From the NCBI RefSeq assembly GCF_001194135.2, contig NC_068982.1:149004360-149068359 (forward strand): a stretch of 64,000 nt of DNA, given 5' to 3'. The notes beneath the pieces were generated by a model. The model saw only the letters and a list, made by a program, of their open reading frames with translations. It searched no databases and was not told the DNA's origin. Positions 62,561 to 64,000 of this stretch are shown here, in pieces. This stretch comes from Octopus bimaculoides (Eukaryota). Position 1 is the stretch's first letter, and each line of letters opens with the position of its first letter. A program made the position numbers and the translations under genes.

Positions 62561-64000
62561 GAGATTTCAGAAGCTTTTCAACCCCACCCTTTTACACCAG
62601 ATTCTATGAGCTGACAAGGGAGCTTTTAGGGGGTTTATTATATCTGTTAGAAATAGAAGCTAAATATTCTTCAAAGAGCACACTATCTAAGTATGACTGT
62701 GCTTTTAAAGAAGGAATTTCACAACTTATATAATTTCAGGTTCAATCTCACAGCATAGTAGATTGGATATCTTCTACCATAAGCTCAGATCAATTTGCTA
62801 GATGAAAACTTTCAGTTTATCGGTGAGGCCATACCTGCTTCTTTTGCTGTGGTGGGGAAGGTTGTTGACTTGATCTATCTCCCAGTTTAATACTACCCAT
62901 GTCTTTTGTGGAACACAGCTCTCTAGACCAAAAAGAACTTACTCTTTTACCTCTCACCGGTCTTAGAGTTTCTGAAAAGGATTTTGAGTGATGCCCTTCA
63001 TCCTCTTACTAAGCCATTATAAAAATATTTTTTTAAAATTAGACATTAGATAATATAGTCCAGAATACATTATGCTTGGAAAAAAGGCTGTCATGGTTAT
63101 GCTTAGAATGTCTTTGATCATAAGTCTGTGACAATAACAACAGCAACACTATTCTATTTGGTTAGTTTTGCATTCAGGACTGCATTCAAATTTCAGCCTG
63201 ACAATGAAGAACTTGCTGTGATCAAGAAAGGTACAATATAATAAGAGAAGCTGGCTTATGACACTGAAGAACACGATGTGACCAGGAAAGGTACAATACA
63301 ATGAGAAGCTGGTTCAAATGAGGTTTTCTCATTCACATCGATATCAACTACAATGAGCTGATTCCCAAGGCAAAAATCATACAGCAAGACGACCACAGAA
63401 TCAATGATTGCAGTATTAACATCATAGTAATTTCCGTTGAACTTGACTCAATGTTTGACTCAAATAGACATTCAATCACCAACAATTTAATTTTAAACAA
63501 CTAGCTGTTGCTGATATTGTTTTGCCTCAGGCCAGTTCAGACTTCAGTAGACATATATTCAGAGACATTCCAGCATTGACCATTACAACGCATTCACAGC
63601 ACTGTTGTTACCTAGTCCCATGCCAATTTTGAATGAGTCAACTGTGATTAATGACAGCCCAGCCTTGAGCATCGTATCAGGCATTTTCTTTTTTTCCTTT
63701 TATTTTTATTTTCAAAACAAGCATTTAATTGCAAAAGATACATGTCACTCTCTGTTTAAGTTATCAGAAAGAGAATTTGTCTGCTATTTTTAGCAAGATG
63801 AGCATCTACATAGAAGTTCCTTTGTTGGCTCAAGACAGGTATTTGTTATGTCAGATAGTGTAATCTCATAAGGTTTTGAATTCATTAAAAAGTTTATATC
63901 ATGAACTCAGTTCTCTGCTACCCAGATTGTCATTCTTATGGGGACTATTATGAGGAAAAATTAACAACTTATCATACTTCTACTCATCCTCCTGGAAATT

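Overview
AT-rich, microsatellite-dense eukaryotic scaffold with many N gaps. The repeat families resemble, from memory, those of Octopus genomes (inference, no database search). No intact protein-coding gene can be supported. Most listed ORFs come from microsatellites, SINEs or decayed transposons. The window holds three complete or near-complete copies and one fragment of a DD37D (maT-type) mariner deletion derivative, a second related mariner lineage, and a nearly full-length but frameshifted DD34E Tc3-like transposase. It also holds R4/Dong-clade (RLE) LINE remnants, RTE, Penelope and possibly L1/Tx1 remnants, at least four SINE families (about 40 copies), MITEs, a short solo LTR and a decayed alpha-tubulin pseudogene fragment. 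Best leads: two RLE LINE lineages apparently tied to different microsatellites ((CATA)n versus (TAA)n); an 82-nt plus-strand hairpin with G-U pairs (pre-miRNA-like); hammerhead-like motifs; a locally templated insertion in the tubulin pseudogene; and low-confidence minus-strand exon candidates. Repeat boundaries are approximate (about 10-30 bp) unless TSDs or TIRs are quoted.
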